A stretch of DNA of 64,000 bases from Lophium mytilinum. Lineage: Eukaryota. A program made the translations under genes and the position numbers. Below are positions 11,160 through 23,117 of the stretch, in pieces. The notes under the pieces were generated by a model. That model was given only the letters and a program-made list of their open reading frames with translations. It made no database searches and was not told the origin of the DNA. Every line of letters starts with the position of its first letter. Position 1 is the first letter of the stretch. The stretch spans positions 682,001 to 746,000 of the forward strand of contig MU004183.1 in assembly GCA_010093605.1 (NCBI GenBank). Direction: 5' to 3'.

Positions 11160-11760
11160 AGCAGCATCTCGAGTGCCGAGAAGCACTGGTATGGGACAAG
11201 AGCTGAAGCTGTGATCAAGGTAGTAGAGCGATAAGTCAATGACTTTGTCACCCAAGAAGGCCCAGTAAGAGCAGTAGAGCAAGGGAAGCACTACTTCGCC
11301 AGGAAAACCCTGGCCACTCCAGGCAGAGGCGACACCATTGAGCAAGAAGTTGAAGCTGGTAGGAAGCGTACACATTGCCCTACCACCCTCCCTTTACCCA
11401 TCTCTGTACTTGTGGTCTTGAGACCTCCGTAAAGGCTCTTATCTGCCCCTAAAGCCCTCGTCGCCACCGTTTACGACATTGGCATCGGCTAGGATTACAC
11501 CCAACCTTACAGTCTCGACCTTGTCTACGGCTACCCCACCGCCTTCTTCCAAACTCCCTTCATGCTAGTCCAGGGGTGTGGCTCCTCTACACTTTCTCTA
11601 CAGCTACGGGGCGCTAGGGGAGAGTTTGTGGGCGGAGAAAGTATCGGTAAGGGAGGCTGAGGGGGTCGAAAGGCGTTGGAGAAGGAGCAGATTGAAAAGT
11701 GAGGACGCGAAGGCAAGGATGCGGGCGTTTGCGGAGCAGGCGCGTAGGTCGAAGCTATGA
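11160..11760 (+). pseudogene. Degraded peroxisomal enoyl-CoA isomerase/hydratase (crotonase fold, Eci1-like) relic
   Basis: Broken frames give ...VIKVV..GKHYFARKTL...PKALVATVYDIGIG*DYTQPYSLDLVYGYPTAFFQTPFMLVQG..GSS and a C-terminus ...SEDAKARMRAFAEQARRSKL* (PTS1). Internal stops and frameshifts are present. Confidence 0.55.
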
Positions 11761-11897
11761 GGATTAATAGGTGTATGTTAGAGGCTCTATCATAGATTAC
11801 AGAGTCTAATTGATTTTAAGGCTGCCTTAAAGTAATGGCTAAAGAGATACATCCACGTTGCTTCTGATAGAGTGATCCACGGCACGTGCATGGGTCA

Positions 11898-11922
11898 TTT
11901 GCGAACTCCTGGAGTTCGCAAA
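11898..11922. promoter_or_regulatory. Perfect 25-bp palindrome ~340 bp upstream of BNA6
   Basis: TTTGCGAACTCC-T-GGAGTTCGCAAA (12-bp arms, 1-nt spacer). The regulatory role is inferred only. Confidence 0.4.
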
Positions 11923-12258
11923 GTGCACGGAGCGTTATCGATAAGGAAAGTGCCTCGGGCTTCACGAAGTAGTCACGCTCCTCTTTCAACTTTTCCCTTG
12001 CCTCAACCCCACACCTTTAGGCTACTAACTCATCCGAATAGAATATACAGATGAGCACTGTACTAGCATAATACCTTACTGCGTAGTTCTGAAGGCTTTG
12101 GTTCATACAGCATCACGCCGGCCGCGGATCGGACAAGACACCCTTCGACCCGAGCTCATCAACTTCTATTACTACGAGACTGTGTACTGTTAGCGAACAA
12201 GCTACTCAAAGACTCACCATTCTAAAAGGAAAACTTGTAATATTTCCACCAATCTTTC

Positions 12259-13397
12259 ATGATGGCCACCGTAGAAGGCGCCCCAGCACATGGAGCTGTT
12301 GCCCATCTACTTCCGCAAACATACAAGCGACTGGTATCAGAGTGGCTAGAAGAGGACACACCAAGCTTCGACTATGGAGGATTTGTGGTTGGCGATGAGA
12401 TCTCTGATGCTAAGCTGCTGGGAAAAAGTGAGGTTAGTGGACCTCAATTCATCAGTTGTCAAATGGACCAATGACTCGTGCTACCTGATCTACAAGCTCT
12501 GACGAGTTCTTTTTGTGTCTCATTCTAACGCTGAGTACAGGGCATAGTCGCAGGTGTTCCTTTCTTCGACGAGGTTTTCAAGCAACTAGATTGCACGTAT
12601 GTTTTTCTACCTGCAATGACCCTGTTACTGTTCTGATCATTGCCATTGCTACTTTCAGCGTCGAGTGGCATGTTAAGGAGGGAGAAGCACTCAAGCCGAT
12701 CATGCATTGTGCTACAGTACGAGGACCTGTCAGAAAGCTTCTTCTTGGAGAACGAGTGGCGTTGAACACTCTGGCTCGGTGCTCAGGCGTGGCTTCAAAG
12801 TGAGTACTGTCTCTCTAGTGTTCCAAATAGACTTGTAATCAGCGAATCCCTAGATCAGCCAGGCTACTTGCGCTTCTACGAAAAGCTGGATATTCCAATA
12901 TCCTGGCTGGCACGCGAAAGACAACCCCTGGCTTCCGCCTCGTAGAGAAGTACGGGATGCTCGTGGGTGGATGCGATCCCCATCGGCACGATCTTTCTGC
13001 TATGACCATGCTAAAAGACAATCACATTGTCGCAGCTGGCAGCATCACTTCCGCGGTACGGGCTGCCAAGTCAGCGGGCGGTTTTGCGATCAAGGTCGAA
13101 GTCGAGTGCCAGAGCTTCGAAGAAGCTGACGAAGCGATTGCAGCTGGAGCGGACGTCGTGATGCTGGACAACTTCACAGGGGAAGGCGTGAAGATTGCCG
13201 CTTCACAACTGAAAGATAAATGGGGAAGGGGTACGGCCGACAGGAAAGCGTTCTTGGTAGAGGTTAGCGGAGGACTAACGGAAGAGAACGTGGAGGCCTA
13301 TGTCTGTTCGGATGTCGACGTCATCTCTACGAGCAGTATCCACCAAGGCGTTCAGCACGTCGACTTCTCGTTGAAGATTGTGCCAAAGGGCAAATGA
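12259..13397 (+). CDS. BNA6: Nicotinate-nucleotide pyrophosphorylase (quinolinate phosphoribosyltransferase), 304 aa
   Basis: Exons 12259-12432, 12541-12596, 12659-12799 and 12854-13397. Motifs [66 protein letters not shown]. Confidence 0.97.
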
Positions 13398-13580
13398 AAA
13401 GGGGAAGGCACCAAGATTGGATGAGGCGTGGAGAAGTTGATTATATTGCCGGTAACAGGCAAGTTACCATTCGCAAGAGTAGTCTCTGCTTCCAGTTTTC
13501 CGTCTTCTAAATCCCCCGTGCAGTGGCTAAAACGCTAAGGAAAGAATACAACATGTCTTATCAAGGAACCCAATAGAAGC

Positions 13581-14042
13581 TCAAGCCGTAACCCCCGATA
13601 GTCCCAACCCATGAGCCGTATGATGCGAAGTGTGCCTGTCCCCCCTCTCGTGCGCGGTGCTGGCACGGCAATCTCTCCTCACGTCCCCTATTTCCCCTGC
13701 AAATCCAGCAAAGCGGTCTTCCCCTTTCACTACCTCCGGCGCTCGTCGACTGCCTACCACGTCCATGTACGCAGGCGGTGGATCCTTCTCTCCTTTCTCC
13801 CCCAAACGTGGAAACGTTTCGACCCTCGTGTTCCGTACTTTGACTTCAGACTGCTGCATGGAAGTCTTCAATTCGTTCTCCCACATAGCCTCCCGAAGGT
13901 TCAGTTGGAGTTGCGATTCGGTAGCGCGGAGCTGCGCATCGGCTTGCTGCTGGGCCTGAATGATGGCGGCCTTCCTGTCCTTGTGCTTTTCGTGCATTCG
14001 CTTGCCAACCACGACGGCACCGGTGATGATTAACGAGGCCAT
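13581..14042 (-). CDS. Small hypothetical protein (153 aa; predicted coiled coil, PPPAY motif)
   Basis: ATG at 14042 within ORF 13581..14396 gives MASLIITGAVVVGKRMHEKHKDRKAA...DPPPAYMDVV. This resembles small fungal PY-motif proteins. The start is uncertain. Confidence 0.55.
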   Translation of the reverse strand: MASLIITGAVVVGKRMHEKHKDRKAAIIQAQQQADAQLRATESQLQLNLREAMWENELKTSMQQSEVKVRNTRVETFPRLGEKGEKDPPPAYMDVVGSRRAPEVVKGEDRFAGFAGEIGDVRRDCRASTAHERGDRHTSHHTAHGLGLSGVTA

Positions 14043-14787
14043 GTTCTTGACGGTAGTAGAGCTTTGACGTTGAGGTATCGCAGCCGGCGACCAGGGCGAG
14101 GGCTCGCGCTTCTTTTCAATGCTGAGAAGCTCTCGGGACGGACTCGTGAGCGCGCTCCGAGGCAAGACACAGCAAGCGCTGGAACCTCGGCGAAACCCTT
14201 CGGACTTTGGTCGAGTAACGGGCTTATTGGCCGGTTTGGAGTTGCTGTCGTACTCAAGGTGCTCGGTACCAAATATGTAGGTGAAGCGGTGGTAGCTGGA
14301 TTCCCTTTTTCCGAGAGCTGGACGCGCTTGGAAACACATCTGAATATGAGAAGGTCGGACAGGGAAGACATGCTTTTCTTCTTTTATGGTACGCATGATA
14401 GATCAGTGGCAGGGGGTCTGGTGGCTCACGGACATCGGACGTCGGTTTGGGGCGCTGCCATCCCACGTCGTGGTGTTGAAGTCCGCATTACGCCCCGCCA
14501 ATCATGCTGCGTATGCTTTAGTTCAAGGGAACAGCTGCTACAACGAGTATCGTGTCGTTGGCATCTTCGCCTGCACCGTACCCACCTGGGATATGAGAGA
14601 CGTAAGCCCTCAGCCTTGCAAAAGGGCTGAAAGCACTTAGTCCGCATATGGTCAAGCGTGTGTCGGCGCAAGGCGATGCTAGCGGCGTTTCAAGGCAGCG
14701 AGCCTCCGATCTGCCGCAACCAACCCTCTTCTCATCATGACTCCAGATGTTGTCTTACCCCCTTAATGCCCCCGAGCGTTGTCGACG

Positions 14788-16636
14788 ATGAGCGCTCCTC
14801 CGACGTCGAGTGCAAAGCCAGTTGAGCGCGTTAACTTAGCATGTCTACAATGCCGCGCCCGCCATGTCAAGTGCGATTCAAGCCAGCCAATCTGCAATAG
14901 GTGTAGGCGAGATGGCAAAGCTTGTGATTACGCAAAGTCCCGGAGAGGAGGACTCGACAAAGCTGCTCTTGCACAGAGAAGACTTGCACTGCTGCACCAA
15001 CAACAGGAACAGTCCGTGACGCCCAATCAGACCCCCAAGTCCTGCACATCATCGTCGAGCGGGGGTAAAAGCGATCAGTTGGAGCGTTCCGACGCCCCGT
15101 CCCTGGGATTGTACGATTCGATATCTATCGGCTCCACCGAGATCACCTTTGCCGTCGATTCCGACAGACTGGTCCAACTGTACTTTGAGTATTTTCACGC
15201 CGGTCATCCTTTTCTATTGCCTCAACAATTCTTTACGCAAAGACTTCAATCCGGAGCGCAGGACATGAAAATCTTAGAGGCGGTTGTACAATATGTCGGA
15301 TCTCGTTACGCACCATGGGCTACTTCGGAGGTGTACAGAAGAAAGGCTGAAAGTGCACTGGCAGCTAGTGAGCATGAAGCAACGCCATTTCGTGTCCAGG
15401 CCCTTCTCCTCTTCTCAATCACCAATCATTACTGCAGTGAATGGGGCATGGGCTCTACCATTCTCGAAACTGCAATTTCCTTAGCTTTAGCTTTGGGAAT
15501 GAATACCCACGAATTTTCAGGACAGTATGGGGAAGGAAGTCCTGTTCTTGAAGAAAGCTGGAGAAGGACTTTTTGGAGTTTGTACGTCACAGAGCAGCAC
15601 TATGCAGTCGTCAAAAGAATCATATCTTTTACTCTCAGGGACCTTCCTGGGGTTTCTGTTGGCCTTCCTTGTGAGGAGATCGAGTATGAGTCTGGGGTGC
15701 GTATAAATCCTATTTCTCTTTGGCGCGATTGCTAAGCTCCTCAAGGTGATCCCTCAACCAAAGACTCTCGCGGACTACGATATAAGAGAGTTAGATGAAG
15801 TTGAGGTTGTTTTCTCGTCATTTACATATCTTATAGATGGTCTCCGCATTGTCTCCGAGCTCATGAGAAATTTCGGAGACTTCAAAGCTTCGTGGGAAGA
15901 AACGACCGTTTACACTGATGCCAGACTCTCTGCGTGGAGCTCATTACTTCCAGCCTGCAAGAAGGAGTCAATCCTTCCCGATGGAAGCGTTGACGAGGTC
16001 ATGTTCTTTGCCCACCTCACGATTCTCATACTTACCGTGCAAATCCATCGACCTGCATCGTCTCTTGCGTGGAGCACCGAGGAATGGCAAACTGCTTTCA
16101 TACCCCGTCCTCCAATGGGAATGGTTCAGATAAAGCCAGAGAGACGTAACGTCAATACTGCGAAAGTACTCAGGGCCTTGGAAAAGCAAACGCAGCTTCT
16201 CACTCTCCCTTCTCCCTTGATACTTCACGCACCCTTCACGATGTGTATAGTCGCGGGATTTGCTGCCGCGCACGTCGCATCTTGCACTCTGTTTCCTGAC
16301 GACAGACGCCTAGCAGTGGGAAGAGACCGATTGCGTCTATGCATCGGTGCGATCAGAGCATGCGCTGATATCTGGCCACTGAATCGTCATATGCTGCGAG
16401 ACGCACAGAACATCGCAAAAGGAACGCTATCTCCACCAACGATCATGTCACACCAAACGGCGAGAGCCCCTCTGGAATTTGAGGTTCCAGAAGTCACTAA
16501 GCAAACGAACGAACTCGATTTCGACTTTAGCGTTGGTCCCATGTCCGAAGTTGATATATTCAGCGCATTGGAAGTGCCTGGCATGCCTCAAGACTGGAGC
16601 GCTCTCCTCGATCCCTCGAGTCTCCCGACCGTGTGA
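14788..16636 (+). CDS. Zn(II)2Cys6 transcription factor with fungal middle-homology region, 599 aa
   Basis: ACLQCRARHVKCDSSQPICNRCRRDGKACDY; YFEYFHAGHPFL; ESWRRTFWSLYVTE. Exons 14788-15696 and 15746-16636. Confidence 0.93.
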
Positions 16637-17147
16637 GATACCGTAGCTTACCACTGCCGGGCCTATTGGGCATTACTGGCTTTACCTTATCCACTTAACG
16701 GCTCTCCGCTTCTCTGCTACCCGCCTCGACTGCTGGCGCCAACAACGCTAGGAGGCATGGAATTATTCTATTGCCGGCAACAGTAATCCCCGCTGCGAGG
16801 AATATCATGAAGCGAATGATTAGAGGTGCTGCGACCGGGCCTTCTGGTTCTACGATGTCTTAAAGCCTTCATTGTCGACCCCTGAGTGTGTGTAAGGTCG
16901 ATCTACCCAGACCTTGAAAATTCACGACATCCCTGGCTATCCATCGCGTTGGCTGATATGATTTTGGCAACCCCATTTCTTGTCAGATGTTACAAGCAAC
17001 ACCTATGAGACAGTTGGGACCAAGAATGGGGTACATCTGCCAAGGGCCAAGGGATGTTATACGATTTGAATTGCCGATGGCATGCTCCCTACTCTCTGTA
17101 TTATTACCATATTAGCTAGCTCAGCCCCAGCGCTCGACAGTGTATCT

Positions 17148-17162
17148 AGCGGTAGCTCCGCT
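17148..17162. promoter_or_regulatory. Candidate Zn2Cys6 site (inverted CGG-N5-CCG) upstream of the MFS gene
   Basis: AGCGG-TAGCT-CCGCT about 460 bp upstream of the ATG at 17623. Confidence 0.3.
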
Positions 17163-17622
17163 GTAACACCGGCTCCACCAAGTTTTTAAATACATATGTA
17201 GATCTGGTATGCGTATCAACTACTAGCAACAGTGTTTCACCACAAACATATACATGCTAGAGAGCATCCCACCCAATTACCTGAGCATCGGTAATAGAGG
17301 CCGTTATCTAATTCGCTTATCGAACCAAGCCATTTTCGTCATAGCCAAGATGCCGTGAAACGAGAACAGCGCTGATCGCCAACATGGGTAGCAAACGGCT
17401 GTCATACTCGCCGGTCAAGCATGAGAGATACCCCACCTCTGGAGTTTGAGTGCAACTGAGCTGCGTGACATTGATTCATAATGTGCAAACCTCGCATCGA
17501 CTTTCGCTGTTTGCCTGTCAGAGTTCTCAGCATTACCCAGGTGTAGACGCATCAAACTGCGGCTAGTTGACAGCCCTCGGATTCTTGAGTATATTTCTGA
17601 AGCCAATCAGGTTCTTATAAGA

Positions 17623-19475
17623 ATGTCTGACCTTGAGAAAACTACTTCGCCGCTGGAATCAGGAGATGTGACGACGGCGGTGGATGTAGAGATTGATCAT
17701 GTTGCGGAGAAGAAGCTGGTGCGGAAACTGGACCTCTATCTGATTCCGACTGTCATGCTGCTATACTTGCTCAGCTTCTTAGACCGGTAAGTCAATGAGC
17801 CAATCTTTAAACATTTGATAAGCTTTTCTTTTGTCCCATCACAGCCTTGTCACGTGACTAAACTCGTTCTGCGCTCTTATCAAAATTCGCTTTGGGTCAC
17901 GTAGCAACGTGATCCTGAATTTACAGTTTTTCCGTTCAAACACAAAAGACTCGAGACATCCTTCTGGTCTAATTTCATAAGAGTTCGAAACTAACGCTTT
18001 TCAGTGTCAATATCGGCAATGCAAGACTGTATGGCTTAGAAGAGGATCTCGGCCTCCACGGCAACCAGTTCCAAGTCACGGTCTCGATTCTCTTCGTCAC
18101 ATATATTCTCTCCGAACTGCCGTCGAACCTAGTCCTGAAGAAACTAAGGCCATCGAGGTGGATATCTTTTATTGCTACGGCGTGGGGAATCATCGCTACT
18201 CTTACGGGAGTGACGCAGAGCTATGGCGGACTAATAGCTTGCCGAGTATTCCTAGGTGCCGTGGAGGGAGGGTTGTTCCCCGGAATGGCTGTATATTTGA
18301 CGTTCTTCTACGTCAAACGCGAGCTTGCGCTTCGCATTGGATATCTCTTCGTCAGTGCTGCTCTAGCTGGAGCTTGTGGAGGTTTACTAGCGTAATTTAC
18401 TCTTGAGAACAAAGCTGTAGCATGTGCTAATACCGAACAGCTACGGAATCGGGCACATGGACGGTATCTCTGGGCAATCTGGTTGGAGATGGATTATGAT
18501 TTTGGAGGGCATCCCCACCTTCGTTCTCGGAATCGCCACGTGGTGGATTTTACCTGACTCTCCTGAAACTGCGTACTTCCTCACTCCAGCAGAAAAGGAG
18601 CTTATGGAACTGCGGTTCCTGCGCCAGAAAGGATATACAACATCTGCTGCGAAGTTCCACTGGAAGGATGTGAGAGCAGGACTCAAGGACTGGAAGATCT
18701 GGGCCTTTTGCTTTGCGCAATTCGGAGCTGACACTATGCTTTATGGGTACGTGAATGTCAAACATGAATCTTCTGGACGAAATGGGCTCACTAACAAGTC
18801 TTGAAGCTTCTCCACCTTCCTCCCTAGCATCATCAAAGGCATCAACCCAAAATGGTCAACCGCCATAGTCCAGGTCCTGACTATCCCGTGCTACGCTCTC
18901 GGCGCTATATCCTACCTCCTCGCCGCCCGTCTTTCCGACCACCAGCAAAGACGAGGCCTGTACTCCGTCCTTTTCGGACTAATCTCAATCATTGGATATG
19001 CGATGTTGATGGCCGATACTGCCAGCGGCGTCCACTATGCCGGATGCTTCTTAGTAGCCATGGGTCTTTACGTCGTAGTCGGCTTGCCATTAGCGTGGTT
19101 GCCTACGAACAACCCACGATACGGGAAACGGACTACAGCAACTGGCTTGCAGTTGACAATAGGAAGTACGAAATACTTTTCGCCTCTTCTATGTTTCAAG
19201 GGTGCCTTGCTAATCACAATCCACTAGATTGCGCCGGCATAATGTCCTCGTTCATATACCCTGCCAACGAAGGGCCTAGATACATCCGTGGCCACGCCAT
19301 CACGCTGGCCATGGTCGCGTGGGCTTGTCTTGTATACGGCTTTATGTGGTTTTATTTTGCTCGCCTGAATGCGCGGAGGGCGAGAGGCGAGGAGGATGGG
19401 AAGATTGCTGGTATGACGGACGAGGAGATCAATGAGCTTGGTGATGAGAGTCCGAGGTTCGTGTTTACGATCTAG
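17623..19475 (+). CDS. MFS transporter, anion:cation symporter family (Tna1/Dal5-like), 487 aa
   Basis: Exons 17623-17786, 18005-18391, 18441-18746, 18807-19165 and 19228-19475. Motifs EKKLVRKLDLYLIP..LYLLSFLDRVNIGNA, ELPSNLVLKK..PSRW, RVFLGAVEGGLFPG, GWRWIMILEG. Confidence 0.93.
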
Positions 19476-19896
19476 GAGTTTTGGAGATGATTGGCCTACC
19501 CTGGAGCAGCGAGAGTCGACATGACAGCAGGTTCTGAAGCGGTTTTCAATATAGATCCAGTCGCTTCGGATTGACGTTCAGATTAGGGCATTCAGCGCTA
19601 CGTGATGATGCTGACGTGTGTGAATATCATGATGTTACCTGCTCACTCTGTGGTAGGTAGGTTGTTTAGATCTAAGGCAGAATATGCACCCACCCCTTGT
19701 CTAAAAGCTCTTAATGCATATTTCCAAATTTGAGGGGCCCTTTCCGTAAGAATTGCAATAGCTCTTCAGACTCCTCCCTTATGGACAAAACAGAGTTTTA
19801 AGCGTTTCGTGTGGAACCGACTGGTAGGATAGAAGAGATAGAGAAAGATACACAGTACCATACGCCGATGCTCTCACCGCAACCTATGCCTTGTGC

Positions 19897-20679
19897 TTAT
19901 CGCTGAGGAGGAACATGTCGTCGCCATCTCTCGCTTTCTAGGTCATACGACATCTGAAGCTCCCATGTCCCGTCCTCTTCCTTACTACTCGGATGCCACT
20001 CAACCTTCAATCCCTCTCGTACAGCAACCTCCTCCTTCAACCTCACTACCATATCCGGTGGTCCCCGGCCAAGCGAGATATGCCTCCTATCTTTAAGATC
20101 ATAGCTAACCTCCACCTCATCGTCTTCCGCAATGATAAAAGCGGGCGGGACAAAACTATGATCAGTTTGAAAGTTTTCGCCCAGAGTAAACGCTCGAAGC
20201 TGTTCAGCATGCGCGTCATAGGGGTATTCTAGGCCTGTAGACTGCAACGTTTCCAGAATGTTGGAGTTCCCAATTTCGAGATTATCGTGCTCAAGCGGTA
20301 CATCGGCGACCTTAATCCACATCCTCAATAGTGGTGTCTCGCCCTCATGGTGTTTGAAGCTCTCCACGCCTTCTTCGGCTTCGGCTTTGGCCGCTTCAGG
20401 ACTGGTGATGTACCACACGGCGTCCTGCCCCTCGGTGCGCTCTTCGAGCAGCAGGAACGGGCCGGTCTGGCCCTCGGCGTCGAGGATATTGCGGATCTCG
20501 TGGTGGGGTTTATTGTGGAAGTTCGGCCGGTCGTGGATGAGTAATTCGACTCTGGGATGGAAGTGTGCGAAGGCGCCGATTGCGAAGGACTTTCGGACGG
20601 TTTCGAGGATGTCGACGGAGAGGGGGCAGGTCGTATAAGCGGGGAGGATATCGGCCTTAGGGGTCCTGATGACGACCAT
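19897..20679 (-). CDS. Hypothetical protein, 260 aa, single exon
   Basis: ATG-initiated ORF with coding-like codon bias and globular composition. No family recognised. Confidence 0.75.
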   Translation of the reverse strand: MVVIRTPKADILPAYTTCPLSVDILETVRKSFAIGAFAHFHPRVELLIHDRPNFHNKPHHEIRNILDAEGQTGPFLLLEERTEGQDAVWYITSPEAAKAEAEEGVESFKHHEGETPLLRMWIKVADVPLEHDNLEIGNSNILETLQSTGLEYPYDAHAEQLRAFTLGENFQTDHSFVPPAFIIAEDDEVEVSYDLKDRRHISLGRGPPDMVVRLKEEVAVREGLKVEWHPSSKEEDGTWELQMSYDLESERWRRHVPPQR

Positions 20680-21574
20680 TACTTCTGTAAGACAGACTGT
20701 ATGGGAGAGGCAAGGTGTGGATTAGAGATATTGAGGATATGGGAGTAAAACTATATTTTTGCTATTGAAGAGGTACAGCCCAGCAGAGAAGTGCTGCCTA
20801 GTAGGGCTCGGTCGGATTAACGAGGTCGTCGTCCTTGAAGGATCGAGGGGATGCCTGTTCATCGCGTTTATTCTGTCCATTAGGATCGCGAAGAGGGTTT
20901 AGTATTCGAGAAGTATAGATAGACCGAGGCGTTGCAGGCAAACAAATAAGGGATGAGTCTAACTTCCCGTATAATGTTGTCAAGTGGCGGTTTGGTGGAG
21001 GATAATCCGAGGTGCAGCCCCGAGGGTGTTTACACGTCTTGGCGAATCGCTCTAGGTTGCGCGACGTCACCTGGACCGTCCTGACCGTGATAATATCAAA
21101 CACCAGAGCTTTCGGTATCCCAATTCAGATGCGCAACCCAGGCTAACTCTAAGCTTCTAACTATCGCCACAGTCAATAAGCTCTCGCTTTGTCTCTACGG
21201 GGACACTTTCAAGGCTCAGATTTGACGGCGAGCTTCTTCGCACTGGACTCCTCCATCAACGACGCGTTATTTTGAGCTCCTATAGGCTCCATGGAAACCG
21301 AGAACTTCGCGCCGGTATTCTACAGTGGAACCTACGCGTGAATCAGCACTGTAACCACGTTCTACATTCCAAGTTCACCTCTACACTCATAGTTTGCTCA
21401 TCCAGCAAATTTCACTTTTCTGGCTTCTTATCTTTGAATGTGGCCTAGCAATCAGTCTCGCTACAGCAGACGATTTCCCAGCAACTCCAGGGTTGAAATA
21501 GACAAGATTCAAAATCCAAATCTTCTCAATCAACTGCAGTCAATGTAGGAAACAATTTACTCACACTATCGACC

Positions 21575-23017
21575 ATGCATCCAATCAAGCCCTACGTCGA
21601 AAGGGTCACGGCTCAGCCGAAGCGCAAAGTTGATGACACCACCGGCCAGATATACTATGAGAACTCGGTCAAGGCTCGCTCCATGCTGCCGAGTTGGATG
21701 TGGAAGACGAGAGGAAGAGTAGACGATCCCCGTGTGCGTAAAAATAAGCGTCTTGGTGCGGCTTCATTGATGGATATGGCGTTGCGCTCTATGGCCCGGA
21801 ATATGACACGAATCGATTACGAGGCTCTGAGATGTATACCTTCCCATATTGCAATGAAGCTGGCCAATCTTATCACTTCCTCGTAAGTCCTCCCTTGCAC
21901 TAAATCTTTGTCGCTTGGTCAATGAGTGGAAATCAAAGCAGAAAACTGTAAAGAAGTCACTAACACTGGTTCTTCAGCGAGACTTGGAGCTTGGAGACAT
22001 GGGAGACATTCGTTGCAGCACATCCCGAGGCTGTGCCCGACATGAACTATAAACTCGACATACCTGATGCCCGAGGCACAAACCTTTGCGAGCTGCCCTC
22101 GCTCAACAAGCATCTCTCGAATCTAACCTTCGACCATGTCACCCGTCTGAGCATTGTAGAGCTAGCGTTTACCACGGATAACCTCTTCGAGATTGCGAAA
22201 ATCCCGAATCTGGAGGTACTTAATCTGCAAGGTCGAGTTTCTGGCAATAGCGTAGACGATTCGGTGTACAACGATTATTTTCTCTCAAGATGGAGCTATG
22301 TCGTCCTGGGAAGTGGTCACCTATCAAAACTCAGAGTCCTCATCTTCCGACACTTCGACGTGACTTCTGCTACCCTCAAGAAGTTATCGCCCTTCCCTGC
22401 ATTGGCGCTTTGCAATCTTGAGAGTGTTTGCCTCAAATCCGACCGCAACAATACGTCCCGCAATGGATGGGAGGTGATCGGGTAAGTGTAAAATCTCACA
22501 CGTATCCAAGTTCGATTCGACAAGGTCTGGGCTCTTTTGGGCGGGGGCGAGACATGCACAGTCGTGCAAGTCATTCAAGTTTATCGGGCTTCATTTTGTG
22601 TCGACATTGACTTCTAGATATCGATTAGCCTTCACATTGCCGAGCCGCTAACAGCTATCCAGAGAGGAGAATGCGGCGGTACTAGACAAGGTATGGCGAG
22701 AGAAACACAATACGCGTACCACCCGCGGTATCCTTCTATATTCTCGCCAGGTTCCTAAGGACGACTTGCCATCGAGCAGTGATCGAAATAACTCTGCCAC
22801 TAGAATGCCATGTATCAGCATCAACTATGGACCCCTAAACCCCCGGAAGCGCGCGGTACAAGGTTCCAAATCCATATGGTACCGCAAAGTTCCTCTGGAG
22901 GAGAAACTTGGAGCAGAGTTGCCTGCTGAAGGCCCTGTTCGGAAAAAGATCAAGAGGTCGGCAGTTGGAAATATTAAGAGATCGGCAATTGGAGATATCT
23001 TGGGAAGTTTCAATTGA
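21575..23017 (+). CDS. Hypothetical protein, 388 aa, with LRR-like (RNI-like) central region and basic C-terminus
   Basis: Exons 21575-21882, 21978-22481 and 22663-23017 splice in frame. Motifs SLMDMALR..A.N, VTRLSI, IPNLEVLNL, LSKLRVLIFR, FPALALCNL. Confidence 0.8.
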
Positions 23018-23117
23018 TGGATGGCTTGTACGAGAACAGGGTAGTTGTCTGTGGATCTGTTTGGAGTGCCACATGCTATAGAAGAACTGTCGCCTTGACG
23101 GGGCCCCAAAAAACTCA

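Noticed and set aside
14043..14396. N-terminal extension of ORF 13581..14396
   Set aside because: It looks like promoter/UTR between divergent genes; the protein-like part begins at ATG 14042. Not excluded.
17623..19475. MFS as a polyketide/toxin efflux pump of the PKS cluster
   Set aside because: Its motifs are those of ACS-family uptake permeases, not DHA drug exporters, and it is separated from PKS1 by unrelated genes.
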